This document shows positions 38,324 to 49,455 of a stretch of DNA of 64,000 nt, piece by piece. The position numbers and the translations under genes are program-made. Source of the DNA: Patellaria atrata CBS 101060. Taxonomy: Eukaryota. The notes under the pieces are model-generated. The model was not told where the DNA came from and ran no database searches. It worked only from the letters and a program-made list of their open reading frames with translations. The DNA lies in contig MU006097.1 in NCBI GenBank assembly GCA_010093705.1, positions 1,030,715 to 1,094,714 on the forward strand, given 5' to 3'. Positions within the stretch are counted from its first letter, which is position 1. Each line of letters begins with the position of its first letter.

Positions 38324-39214
38324 GGAATTGGTATGAGGGTAAGCTGATGTTATGAGTATAACTTGTTGTGGGTTGAATTGAATTTTGCTTGATGTTTTGT
38401 TGTTATGGTCTATCGTCGACACGGCGATATGGATTTTATGGTATCAACTATGTTGTCTACGGTGAAGACGTGTTATAAGGGTGTCATTGGCATTGGATAT
38501 TAGTGTTGAAGTCAGACACTCGTTGGAAAATATGTTCTTCATTCCTTCTACACCCCCAACATCATCTTCCTCAGACTTATTCCTGACCACCTTCTTACAC
38601 CCTCCTAACATACGCTGTTACCATCCCTCATCAACGCACGACCACGACCAACGCAACAGGACCTTCCACTCCCGGCTTCAGGCTAGGGCTCGAGTACCTT
38701 ATTTTACAGAATAAAAGATATGTCTTCGATTCAGCTCCACAAACAATCCGATGCAGAGCCAGCGAAACAAAACCACTAAAAAACAGCAAAGTAGCTCAAG
38801 CATACTTATACAGTCCGAAAGCACCACCCCCTTACACCACTCCTTACACTTCGCAAAACAATAACGGACGAGAAGATCCCCCACCTAATCCTACCTGATT
38901 CACCCCACTAAAAAATAAAGCACGAAAACCCTACAAACTTCTTGATACATGAGTTCATACAGCTTTTCCTTAGCTTGAGGATATACCGCGAACTGCCTTG
39001 CGTAGTTGGGGGTTTGGGTTGGAGGTTGGGGATAAGGGGTATGAATTAGCATCATCGAGTTGTGGGATATTAGAACAATATCAAAGCGAGAGAGAGAGAG
39101 ATGATTAGAGTTTCTTGGATGGTATTAAGGTCCATAATATCGATCTCCCATTCCATCTCACCACCTCCACAATCCACCCCAAATAAACTCCCCCCTTCCG
39201 CCATCCCACCTCCA

Positions 39215-40992
39215 CTACGCCCTACCCACTTTAAACGACAAGATATACGCCACCGTCAGCAAAGTCCTCAACACAAGAAAGATCAAGCAACTTACATCAT
39301 TCTTCCCGACCTCAACGACATCATCCTCAGCGACCCTAACACCCCCAACCGTATCCACATAAGCCAACGGCGCATCGCCCATGACTTTCCTATACACATC
39401 GCCAACCGTGGCGCCCCTCCTAACGAGGACACAATCGCGAAAGACCTTGCCGTCACCGCTGCCGAAGCTGCTTGCGTTCTTGACCGGAAAGACGGGCACG
39501 AGACCAAGCAGCTCGGCCGCGCGGCTCAGCACCTGCACCACGCCCGTACCGCCGAACCTATACAATACCAGATCCTTAAGGTTCTCGACGCGGGTCTTGA
39601 GCTTCTCGTCCATCTCCTTCAGCCCGCCGCCGTCGGGGTCGCCCTCCTCGATTAGATCGTCGCGGGTGAGGAGATAGTCGTCGCCCTCAACGTAACGGAT
39701 GTATCCCTGTTTGGCCAGGCGTCTGAGAAAGACCTCTGAAATGGCGGAGGTGAGAACGAGGCTGGAAGGGGGGTGAGATTTTGCAATCTTGGCGATGTTC
39801 TTGTCGGCGTCTGGGTGGTCGATCTTGTTAAGCGCGATGACGGTCGGGAATTTCTCGTCCGTGAAGGCGTTTACCACCCTCTCGATCGTCTCGTCCGACC
39901 AGTCTTGGAGCGGTTCTTTGAGCTGCAGTTTGTCGAGACAGCGTGCCACAACCGCGGAGGTGGAGCCGTAACCGGAGAATTGCGTTTGTAGGGTTTCGAC
40001 TGCTGTTGCTTCTATGGTACAGATCATATGAGTCCTCTGGATTGAATGATGATAAGAGTGCGTTGATGAGAAAATACTCACTTACAGCTAAATGCCTCCG
40101 CTTAATACTACCCCTATATCATACATCGAAATTAGCTCTTACCCTTGAAACTGAAATACGGGTGATATAAACACCATTTCTCCATGAGATTCCCCTGTAT
40201 CCATCTTACGATCTCTGATCTCAGCCACACAATATCCTCCGAAGGGTCATATCCTCTAGTCGCCTTCCCTAGAAATACCCATCAGCCTCAATTCTCAACA
40301 ACACGGAGAGTTCCAACTAGTCCATTCCCACACCCATTCCCTTCATATCCTTCTCCCTGTTCCTCTCCCTTTCAAGTATATCTCACCCACCTTCCGCATC
40401 CGTACACCCAGACACATCCACAACATGCACCAGCGCATCGGCATGTCTCAAATCGTCTAAAAACCGATTCCCGAGACCCTTTCCCTCATGTGCCCCCGGA
40501 ACAAGTCCAGCCACATCCAGCAATTCGATCGGCACGCTTCTCTTGCCGTCGATGCAGGACCCGTAGTTCGGCTTACACTTCGCGGTTAGGGGAATATCAG
40601 AGGGGTTATGCGGCGAGTGGGCGGGGAATCGGGAGCAGGCGCAGGGGATCTGAAGGTATCCAATTGCGCGTTGGGGGTCTATTGTCGTGAAACTGGGAGG
40701 AGGGGAGGGGCTTTAGCTGAGGTGTGATCGAGGGAAGGAAGTGGGGGAGCTTACGGAAAGTTTCCTATTGAGACGGTAAGCTAATTTCTCAATTCCAAGT
40801 ATATTTGAATTGTGTCTCGTTGAGATAGCTGGTGGGACATACCTACTTTCGAAGACGCGTCTGTCAAGCTGTGCGCGCGTGGGTTAGGAATATTGGACTT
40901 GGTATAATTGCTGGCGCAACGAACCTGTTGAGTGTGGTGGATTTACCCGACGAGGGTTTGCCTACTAGACCGATTAAAGGATCTCGAGGCAT
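39215..40992 (-). CDS. Obg-family P-loop GTPase (yeast YGR210C-like), multi-exon
   Basis: [22 protein letters not shown] (G1), NFPFTTIDP (G2), [25 protein letters not shown] (G3), ALNKIDHP (G4), C-terminus ILSFKVGRA. Confidence 0.9.
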
Positions 40993-41129
40993 TGTTGTAG
41001 AATTTTGAAATGAAAAGCCTTAAGAAAGAATATGGAGAGATTCAAGTAGATACGAGAAAGCTTCGGTGACGATATCGGTTTACCGCTGCTTGGCAGACTC
41101 GATGTTGGAGGGGTGGAGGGGCAAGGGGT

Positions 41130-42024
41130 AATTGAGATAATATCTTGATTCTATTATATATAGAAAAATCCCATCTCAATTACACGAGTTCTACCAAGGT
41201 ATCGTTATAGACAAGTTTCCGAACAATTCAGCCGTTTTAGTCTGTATCTTATTTTATACATCCTTCCAGCTACTCCAGTTATAGTAGAAGGGTTAAGCAA
41301 ACTACTAAAACAAACACCATATAACCGTATCGCTAATATAACTGATAACTCCGTGGGCTACTCAGCTCTCTAGGTATAGTCTATCTGGCACAATAATCGT
41401 CTCGGCACTCGCCTCAGATCTATACTGGAGGTACCTTATTGGTTATGTTTCTGATGTTCGAGGTAGAGACTATACGAGTGGCCGTACGAGTGGCATGTGG
41501 AGAGATTCGTGTACCACGCCGTATGGAGGCCTTGCCAGAGGCTCGTTATAGCCGTTGAAGAGACCGAAGAGATGGCCATTGACGAGGCCGAACGTGGCTG
41601 AATAGATGGCCGAAGACGTGGCCGAAGATAAGGCACCGTTGACGAAGCCGTACGAGGCTGAGCAGATGGCCGAACATGTTCTGAACGGATGGCCGAAGAC
41701 GAGTAGTGATGCCGTACGAGGCATCCGATGCTAAGGGCCGTACGGATCGCCGTACATCAGTCCGCATAGGTATACGAGGAGCCGATCTCGTGGGCTAAAC
41801 GGTACCAAATAGATAGAGGCAAAAGTACCCAGTTCTTTGATATTGTTAATAATGACGAGCCGGATCACGTAGGTCAGCCGGACTTATGACTATAAGAAAA
41901 GAAAATTAAGATAATGCCTTGATTCTGTTACATATAGGGGTAACCCCGTCTTAAATATAGGAGTTCTACTAAGGTATCGTTGTACATAACTTTCCAAGCA
42001 ATGTAGTCCGTATCTTGTTTCATA
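41130..42024. mobile_element. Decayed element flanked by diverged ~125-bp direct repeats (41130-41258 and 41904-42024)
   Basis: Shared blocks agataat..cttgattct, atatag, gagttctac.aaggtatcgtt, tttcc, tagtc.gtatctt, with mismatches mostly transitions. The interior has degenerate ~12-bp GGCCGAA repeats. Confidence 0.55.
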
Positions 42025-42343
42025 GGTATTATCAGTTCTGGCCATCGTCATGTCACTATTCAATCAAGGGGTAATACACAATGGTGTTTAACTTTTCTTA
42101 TATCGGACAGATATTTTCAGTTCGTCCGTCCTGAATCTATCTTTTACACAGCAAACAAATGAGCTATAATGGAATTTTTGCTAAGCACATCACTTGAAGA
42201 GTACAAAAGCCACACAAACATCCTAATAGCTTACTACGCCTTAAAAACAGTCCTAGCTGCGTTACCATGAGCTAAATGTGTCTTGACGAAATATATATAT
42301 ACGAGTATTTAGGTAACATAGCGCGATATCCTTGCTGAGATAT

Positions 42344-43872
42344 CTAAAGTAAAGAGGCACCGAAAAGGCTGGAGAAGAGGACGACGAATCCACAGACCAG
42401 AGGTGCAAAGCTCATCTCCGGGATATGGAGAGATGCAGCCGCACCAGTGGATGTTGCGCTCTCGGATTCGCCACCGCTAGTTCCAGATGAGATTTCGGAG
42501 TCGCTAGGAGTACCAGCATACTGGGAGCTGTCGCCAGAAAGACCAGGTCCCCGTCCAGCACCCTTCTGGAAGAAAGCCTTAGCAGGGGTAGGAATCTCCG
42601 GAAGTTCTGAACCGCTGACATCCCAGGTATCAGATTGAGGGGGGCACTGGCTAGCACGACCGTTCTCTCTGTAGCCGCCGTCACCTCTTGGTTCAGGGGT
42701 TGCTTTGAATGCAGCTTTGAGGGTAGAGAAGTCCTCAAGCTCTCGGACTTTGGTATCGGATTGAACCTCAACGAGACCGTAGCCAGCTTCCTCTTCAGTG
42801 TACTCGTAGACGAGACCGCCAGAGTAGACGCCAGTCATGGAATCGCTGTACAGTGTCTTGATTTCTTTCCATTGGCGGGTGTTTGTGATGCAGCCATACT
42901 CAGATAGGCTAGTTACTGTCAGTAAAGATTCAGGGAGATTTATGGTGGTAAAACACTTACAAGAGAGGAATGCTGTAGTTCGAGTAGGTCCGCACCTTCT
43001 GGTCCCAACCAGACTGTTGGAAGGTAGAAGGATCACACCAAGAGTAGTCATTGAACGCGAAGAAGTCACTCCTGACATCGTCGCTACCACAGTTCATGTA
43101 TTGAGCCATTTCATAGCGGTTGGCATCTACATCAGCTGCGGAGTAGCCGACTGGAATGTTTCGGTAACCACGAGCCTTGATATATGCCTTCATATCACGA
43201 GTAACAGCCTTGACGTATGGGGCACAGTGGGTCGTGTTATCCGAGTCAACCACTTCATTGGCGGAGAAGAAGAGCAACAGATTGTTGTACTTCGAAAAGG
43301 CATCGATGGTTGCAAAAACGCTCTGGAGGTACACATCGTTATAGGACGGGTGGGGATCCGCTCGGTTGATTGAGTAGTCGGGAGTGTTGACATCCAATGC
43401 GAGGTAGATTCCAGCTTCATCCAACAAGCCCATGCAGTAGTCGTGATCCTTGGAGTTGTCGATAGTGTAGATACGGACGGTATTGATCCCTAGCTCCTTG
43501 AACTTCTCAACATCACGTTCGCAAACGTCACGGTCTGCAAGAGGATCCGCAGCGTTGGCAGCACCACCTGAAGAGATTTATGTTAGTCAATGCTACAGGG
43601 TCATTTGAGTTTGAGTGTCAGGCATACCTGGCTGGTAGTCGACTCCACGAATGTAGAAGCGGTCGTCACCAGCGAAGAATGCTATGGATAACATCAACAT
43701 ATTGATTAGATAGCATATGATTGGGCGTAATAATACCATTGCCCTTCACGGTGACGGTTGGGAGATTGCCCCTTGTACCTGATGCTCGCTTCTCGACCTT
43801 GGTGGGTGTTGCGAGCACAGTATTTGCACATAGTGCTGCGGACGCGGCGATGAAAGCTCCGACTCCCTTCAT
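42344..43872 (-). CDS. GH72 1,3-beta-glucanosyltransferase (Gel1/Gas5-like), GPI-anchored, multi-exon
   Basis: Signal peptide MKGVGAFIAASAALCANTVLA; RFYIRGVDYQPGG, INTVRIYTIDNSKDHD, FFSANEV, FAFNDYSWC, LSEYGC, YSGGLVYEY; Ser-rich stalk and hydrophobic GPI tail; no X8 domain. Confidence 0.93.
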
Positions 43873-45669
43873 GATGACCTGTTCGTTCCTCGAGACACAC
43901 AATGCCTTTCCAATTGACCGATCCGGATGTCCAAAAAGCGAATGTTTTGGGGTATGAGTTTTGAAAGGTGTAAATAGAAGCGATAGTCCCAGAAAGAGTG
44001 ATGGGACGATCAGAGAAGGGTAATTAGATAATGATTAAGTTTGTAGAGGGAGGCGTAAAAAGGGCCTTTAACGAGAGACAGGCACGAGGAGGATGATGTT
44101 GAGTAGAAGTAAGAACGAACAGAGAAGAGAAAGGGAGCAAGAAGAAAGGAGAATGTGCAGGGATTACTGGAACTTTAATCTTCCAGGTTTGTTTTGGTGC
44201 AAATCTGCCCTGAATCCCCGATCCACCGACACCCCTAGCGAGCGGCTGCAAGCCAACGGCAACGCCCCCCCCAAGCCTCCAAGTCTTCCCCCCAGATCAA
44301 TAACTCCAAGCATCAATTCGTCAAAAGATAATCATCAATGCCTGTCCTGTAATCTCACAGTCATCGCAACCATCGCAATCGCCCCTCTATTTCTGTAACA
44401 TCCGTACATCAAACAACAAGATTTCCAACCGGTTTGCCTCAGGAGAAAGACGTCAGTCACAATGCTGTACTCCGTACTCTTATTACTCTATAATATTATA
44501 TGTACAGAACACCTATCATCCTATTAAGATCTGCCCCAATCCCACAATCCCTTCCAGAATCAAGACAATCGTCTGTACTGTACGAGTTACTTGGCAATTA
44601 CGCGTAACCATATGCGCCCGGAAAAAACACGCTCTTAAGGAGAAGAGCTTTGTATGAATTTGTTGAGGTTTGAGAAAAACTGAGCGTCGCCACGGTTGGC
44701 TAAGAGTCTTTGTATGAGTTTGACAAGACTATTTCCAAGCTGTCGCCGATGTACCTATGCCTTTTAGATGATAGATGGTTGTTACAAGATTGTCCTTGCA
44801 CTGTTTGCACTAACTGTGTCTTGCTTGCATATGAACGCACCTTGATGCTATTTATTAAATGAAGTCCTACGACTTCTATCAGAAGTCTACTTCCTCCTAC
44901 GTGTCTAGTTTTCCTACTATATAACCGCAAGGAATTAGTAAGGAGTAACGACAGTAATTCTCCATCGCAGCCATGTTTAGCAGTATATTGGCCTCCTCAC
45001 TTATCCATATCAGCTATAATATTCTATATCATTATTCAAGATTCACGAAGCAAAGTTATTCATAGCAAAATGATCGACACACATGCATTTATCAACTGCC
45101 TACTTATCTAGAGGCAAGCCACCACATCCAGCTACCAGACAGCAAATCCCACCCATGCTGATACGCTCAAAACTCGAAGAGGCCTACATGTAGAATTTGC
45201 CCAAAGCAAGCATCCCACCGCCTAAGAGAGAACATATCAGGGTAATTTTGATTTTTTTTCTTTTTCTTTTTGGATATGCCACTCAGCAAAATCCAAACCA
45301 GGTATATGCAGTCGAAAAAACAAAGTTGAAGGGACATCAGATATAGAGTTAGTTGTATAACCCGTCCGAAACCCCACCCAGATGAAGTCCCAATGCTTCC
45401 CAAACTCCATACAGAGCAGAAAAAACAGAGATACCGTGATACGGCATATGGTTGCCGATGTACCGATGCAATACCGAGAGACCCAAAAAAAAAAAAGCCA
45501 TCCATTAAGAGTTTTTGTCGTTACCCATCAGGGTCACTGTTCGTAAGAAGCAAATCCGTCATAAACAAGGCCATAAACATGAAAATTCAGCAGTGTGTGT
45601 TGAGGTGTGATGAGTGCATTGTAGAACAGAACCATGTCCCAAGCTACCGGTGCGTATAGCAAATCGACA

Positions 45670-48444
45670 CTAGTTTGTGTCTTTAGGACGGAAAAAGTGC
45701 ATCAATTTACTGAGACGTTTTCCTTTCTTGCTCTTGATGTTCTTTGGCGTTTCAAGATGTTCAGAGAGGGGCCTCTGTTCGATGTTGAGCTTGCTACGCT
45801 CTCCAAAACTTCCACCAACGAGCCTCGACAAACTAGCGATGCTTGAGCGTTTAGGTGGACGCTCAGATGCAACACTAGGGATGGAACTGACGGACGCATT
45901 GCGTTCATCGTGAAGGCGCGGCGCAGCCATAGGATAACCGCCATGCATTCCGCTTGGCACAGTAGAGCGACTGCTGGTCAGGGAAGGAACGTCATCAACT
46001 GATTTGCGCATGTTAGGTCCAGGTTGACCGAAAGCAAGGGAGTTAAGAGTCTGGCGGTCTGTAACCGACGAGCTCGCCGTGCCGAGGCGTGGTGTATCGA
46101 AGGAGTTCTGACCACGGGTGCTGAAGTCTGGTGATGAAAAAGAAGAAGTATTGAACGTGTCGGGCGTCATAACATTTTGGACAAGAGGAGCTCCAAGATT
46201 CAAAGCAGGTGGTTGTTGCTTCTCGACTTCAGCCGACATATTAGAAGTCACGGTTGAGTTAGAACCTTTCGTGGGTGTCGAGTTACAGGGCTCTTCATGA
46301 TCCTTAATAACTTCATCCGGGCTAGGTCCACGATGGGATGATTTCATAACATTCTTCGAGAAACCATGTTCGTCCAAAACACGCTCATTCGGAGCAGTGG
46401 AGGGCCTTGGGGTAGTACGTATACCTAAACCATCATCAAAACTCCAAGAAAGAGGAGCACCGGCACGGATCTTCTCATCATCAGACTCGACGACTTGAAT
46501 ACCAGTGCCTTCTTGAGCATCTTTATTTTGAACCTTCTCGTCGCTGACAGCACTCTTTGCGGACAGGGGTGAGGGTGTAAGATTGACGGAATGACTCATA
46601 GAACGCGCTTTGGGTTTCTCTTCGACTTCCTCCTCATCCTCTTCTTCAAAAACGTCAAGAAGAGGTGGCGGGCCATCATTCTCCATATCGAAGGGAGCTA
46701 GCTCTGGCGCACTTTCAGCGCGACGATGAAGCATCATGGTGCTGCTATGCATAGGTCGTCGCACGATCGCAAAACCACCACTATGTAGAGCACGAACAGC
46801 TGGGGTCGATGCTGAGGTATGGAACGGGCCAAGAGCTGCATCTAGGTCGATGAGCGGACTCATCGAGTCAGAATCTGGAACACTATAAGCCCTTGATTTA
46901 GGCAATGGAACGCTAGTGTCCAGTTTGATCCGTTGTTCCTGAGTCTCTGGTTGAGTTTCCATAACGCTAATGGTACTATTGATATGATACTCTTCGCCTG
47001 CTTCAAGCTCGTCATCATCTGAGGATGCAGTGGACGGTGGACTTTGCCCCTTTGGCAAAGGCGGCGTTGGCGCCCTTCGCGCCTGTTTCTTCGGTTTACG
47101 CGAGATAATGGAGTTGGCCCACGTCTTTACCTTCCGCTGCTTCCTAGTATTTTTGCGTATTGGAGAATGAGTCTTCTTGACCTTTGTACCATCACTTCCA
47201 ACAGAAAGATTTTCTGACGGAGATTCGGTAGGGCATCGTGAGGAGAATGATGGTTCAGATTTGCTAATCGGAAGGGAAATTTCATTTGATCCACTCTTAT
47301 CAGCTTCCTGCCAAAAGAAACCTTTCTTCTTTGGAGGGAACCTTGGAGTGTTTGGGCTGCTTGCAGAGGTTGAAGAGTCCGAAGATGGGGATAGAATTGC
47401 AGACATAGGTCGTTTGGTCGAAGTAGGCTCACCCTTAAACATGTATGATTCCAGAGCTTGTCTATCGAAAATTGCACCTGCGGTACTGGGACGAGTGCTA
47501 TTTTCACCACCAAAGGATGCACCTGCGGGCTGTCTAGGCACCCTGGAGGAAGGTGGACTTGATGCTCCAAGGCTGATGACGGAAGACAGACTATTCGAAA
47601 CCGAGTGGCCACGTACGGTTGATATTGAGCTTTCTGTTTCGGAGGATATCGTTGATAGGGGCCGGATAATTTCCACTTTTTCAGAAAATCCAACCCGCGC
47701 ACGTGATGGCGGTCTACGAGGCAACGGATCAGCGCCTTCTGCTGCAGTCCGTAGAGACGGCTGGGACATACTTCTACTGGCCGTATGCGAATGGAAGTAT
47801 TGTTGTGAGTGATCCTCGAGCGGAGTAGCGGGAGCACTGCCAGCTCGAGCTACGGCGTTCGCGTCTCTGGGTTGTAAAATGCTTGAGAGGTCGTGTGACG
47901 AGATCGCGCCAGACCTACGGTGCGCATGACCGCGTCGACCTGCTGGAGGACCGAGTTTGAGCTCAGAGGTAGGTGGAGGAAGGATTCCGTCTCCTTTCGT
48001 TGGACTTGTGCTTAAGATGCTTCCTGTACCTGTTCTTCCATCACCGCCGATGAACTCACTCCCTCCACGTCTATGTCCCATCGCACGTGAAGGGGTTGTC
48101 GGCGTTGTCGGATTTGGTGAGTGTGGTGGCGTCGTCGGGTTCAAGGCGGCAACAGAGGCTCCGGATGGGTTGAATGAGAAACTGGGCAGAGTGCTTGCCG
48201 AGCGCCTCTGGTTACGTCTGGCTCCAAGTGTTGGCTGTTGTGAAGTGTTTTGGCTGTTGCTACCTTTGCCCTCCATGGAGGCAAGCGAATCTGGCGACCT
48301 CATTGGGAATTGAAACGCACGATTAAGCGTGAGTTCAACAGGTTCTGTCGAGGTGTTACCGCTTCCATAAAGAGGCGTGCCAATAGACACATCAGCTTCT
48401 GATGAAGCAGCGGCTTCTTGCTCAGACAACACAATCGAAGCCAT
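45670..48444 (-). CDS. Conserved fungal Ser/Pro-rich protein (924 aa), function unknown
   Basis: Single long ORF with motif-like islands HRRGGSEFIGGD, HAHRRSGAISSHD, RARVGFS, IDLDAALGPF, HRRAESAPEL and KRSSIASLSRLVG in otherwise low-complexity sequence. Confidence 0.8.
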   Translation of the reverse strand: MASIVLSEQEAAASSEADVSIGTPLYGSGNTSTEPVELTLNRAFQFPMRSPDSLASMEGKGSNSQNTSQQPTLGARRNQRRSASTLPSFSFNPSGASVAALNPTTPPHSPNPTTPTTPSRAMGHRRGGSEFIGGDGRTGTGSILSTSPTKGDGILPPPTSELKLGPPAGRRGHAHRRSGAISSHDLSSILQPRDANAVARAGSAPATPLEDHSQQYFHSHTASRSMSQPSLRTAAEGADPLPRRPPSRARVGFSEKVEIIRPLSTISSETESSISTVRGHSVSNSLSSVISLGASSPPSSRVPRQPAGASFGGENSTRPSTAGAIFDRQALESYMFKGEPTSTKRPMSAILSPSSDSSTSASSPNTPRFPPKKKGFFWQEADKSGSNEISLPISKSEPSFSSRCPTESPSENLSVGSDGTKVKKTHSPIRKNTRKQRKVKTWANSIISRKPKKQARRAPTPPLPKGQSPPSTASSDDDELEAGEEYHINSTISVMETQPETQEQRIKLDTSVPLPKSRAYSVPDSDSMSPLIDLDAALGPFHTSASTPAVRALHSGGFAIVRRPMHSSTMMLHRRAESAPELAPFDMENDGPPPLLDVFEEEDEEEVEEKPKARSMSHSVNLTPSPLSAKSAVSDEKVQNKDAQEGTGIQVVESDDEKIRAGAPLSWSFDDGLGIRTTPRPSTAPNERVLDEHGFSKNVMKSSHRGPSPDEVIKDHEEPCNSTPTKGSNSTVTSNMSAEVEKQQPPALNLGAPLVQNVMTPDTFNTSSFSSPDFSTRGQNSFDTPRLGTASSSVTDRQTLNSLAFGQPGPNMRKSVDDVPSLTSSRSTVPSGMHGGYPMAAPRLHDERNASVSSIPSVASERPPKRSSIASLSRLVGGSFGERSKLNIEQRPLSEHLETPKNIKSKKGKRLSKLMHFFRPKDTN

Positions 48445-49407
48445 GATTGTGCGATTTACAGAGTGTTGTGAGATGTAAAGTCCAAGTCGGCCTACGGACG
48501 AAGAACCGACAAGAAGTAGTCTACGACAAACGCGAACAAAATAGCGCAGATATTATCTTCATGAAAATCTTGGCAATAAAGACTTCTACAATGTGAATCT
48601 TTCACTTAAAACTCTTGGCCTTCAGTTTACGTCGTGTGTCCGGGCGCTGGTGGTGGACGGATATACAGGGTATCGGATTCTGCGGACAAGGTGATTACTG
48701 TAGACGATAGGATGAAGGGTAGCGATCGAGATCTTTAATTCCTATGGCGCGCAAGATTACAGTGTCTAAAGATCAATCAGAATTCAGTCTACGTTGATGG
48801 ATGGGTGCAAGGGCTTTGTACATTGTATGTGCTGCTCTCAGAGCTGGCGGAAAGCTGTAAATAGGATTCAATAAGGAACGACAATGATGTACGAAATGAA
48901 TGGACAGCTGACTCTTTACGTCAAACGGGAGACGTCTGTCCCTATTTGACGATCAGAGAGCCTTTGGTAAAAGGTAGTGAGGTGATAGAGTGCTGTAGTG
49001 AAAGGTGGATGGTGGGAAAGTGAGTGTTGTTTTGGGTGGAGGTACTGGGGGGTGAGGGTTTGGTGAAAGGGGCGCCAAGGACGTTCACAACAGGAGCAGC
49101 AGCAACGAGTGGGCAAGCATAATTTCGATGCACAGACCTAGATAGACTAGCACAGACTGTACAGAACTGCACAAGTTCGACCAAAGCTGCACATGGATCG
49201 TCAACTTTTCTCAGCCTCGAACGACTCATGTTGCAAAGGTTAAGCCTATCATCATTCCACATTTGAAGCCGAGTTCGACTGCTAGTCGAACGCCCAATTA
49301 CCTACTTTTTCGTAGTTTGTTTCTATCATTAGAGTCTGATTCCTCATCGTCAATTCGTTTCCAACCAAACCTTTATCCCGAGTTCTGAGCAAGTTTGTTA
49401 GGGAATT

Positions 49408-49455
49408 CATAAGGTACTCCATAAGGTACTCCATAAGGTACTCCATAAGGTACTC
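49408..49455. repeat. 12-bp tandem repeat (CATAAGGTACTC)x4
   Basis: Four perfect copies read directly. Confidence 0.95.

Noticed and set aside
38110..38325. Telomerase RNA or Sm snRNA (junction plus AATTTTTTTTTGG)
   Set aside because: No TAACCCTAA-type template nearby and no recognisable snRNA signature; kept only as an unidentified ncRNA candidate.
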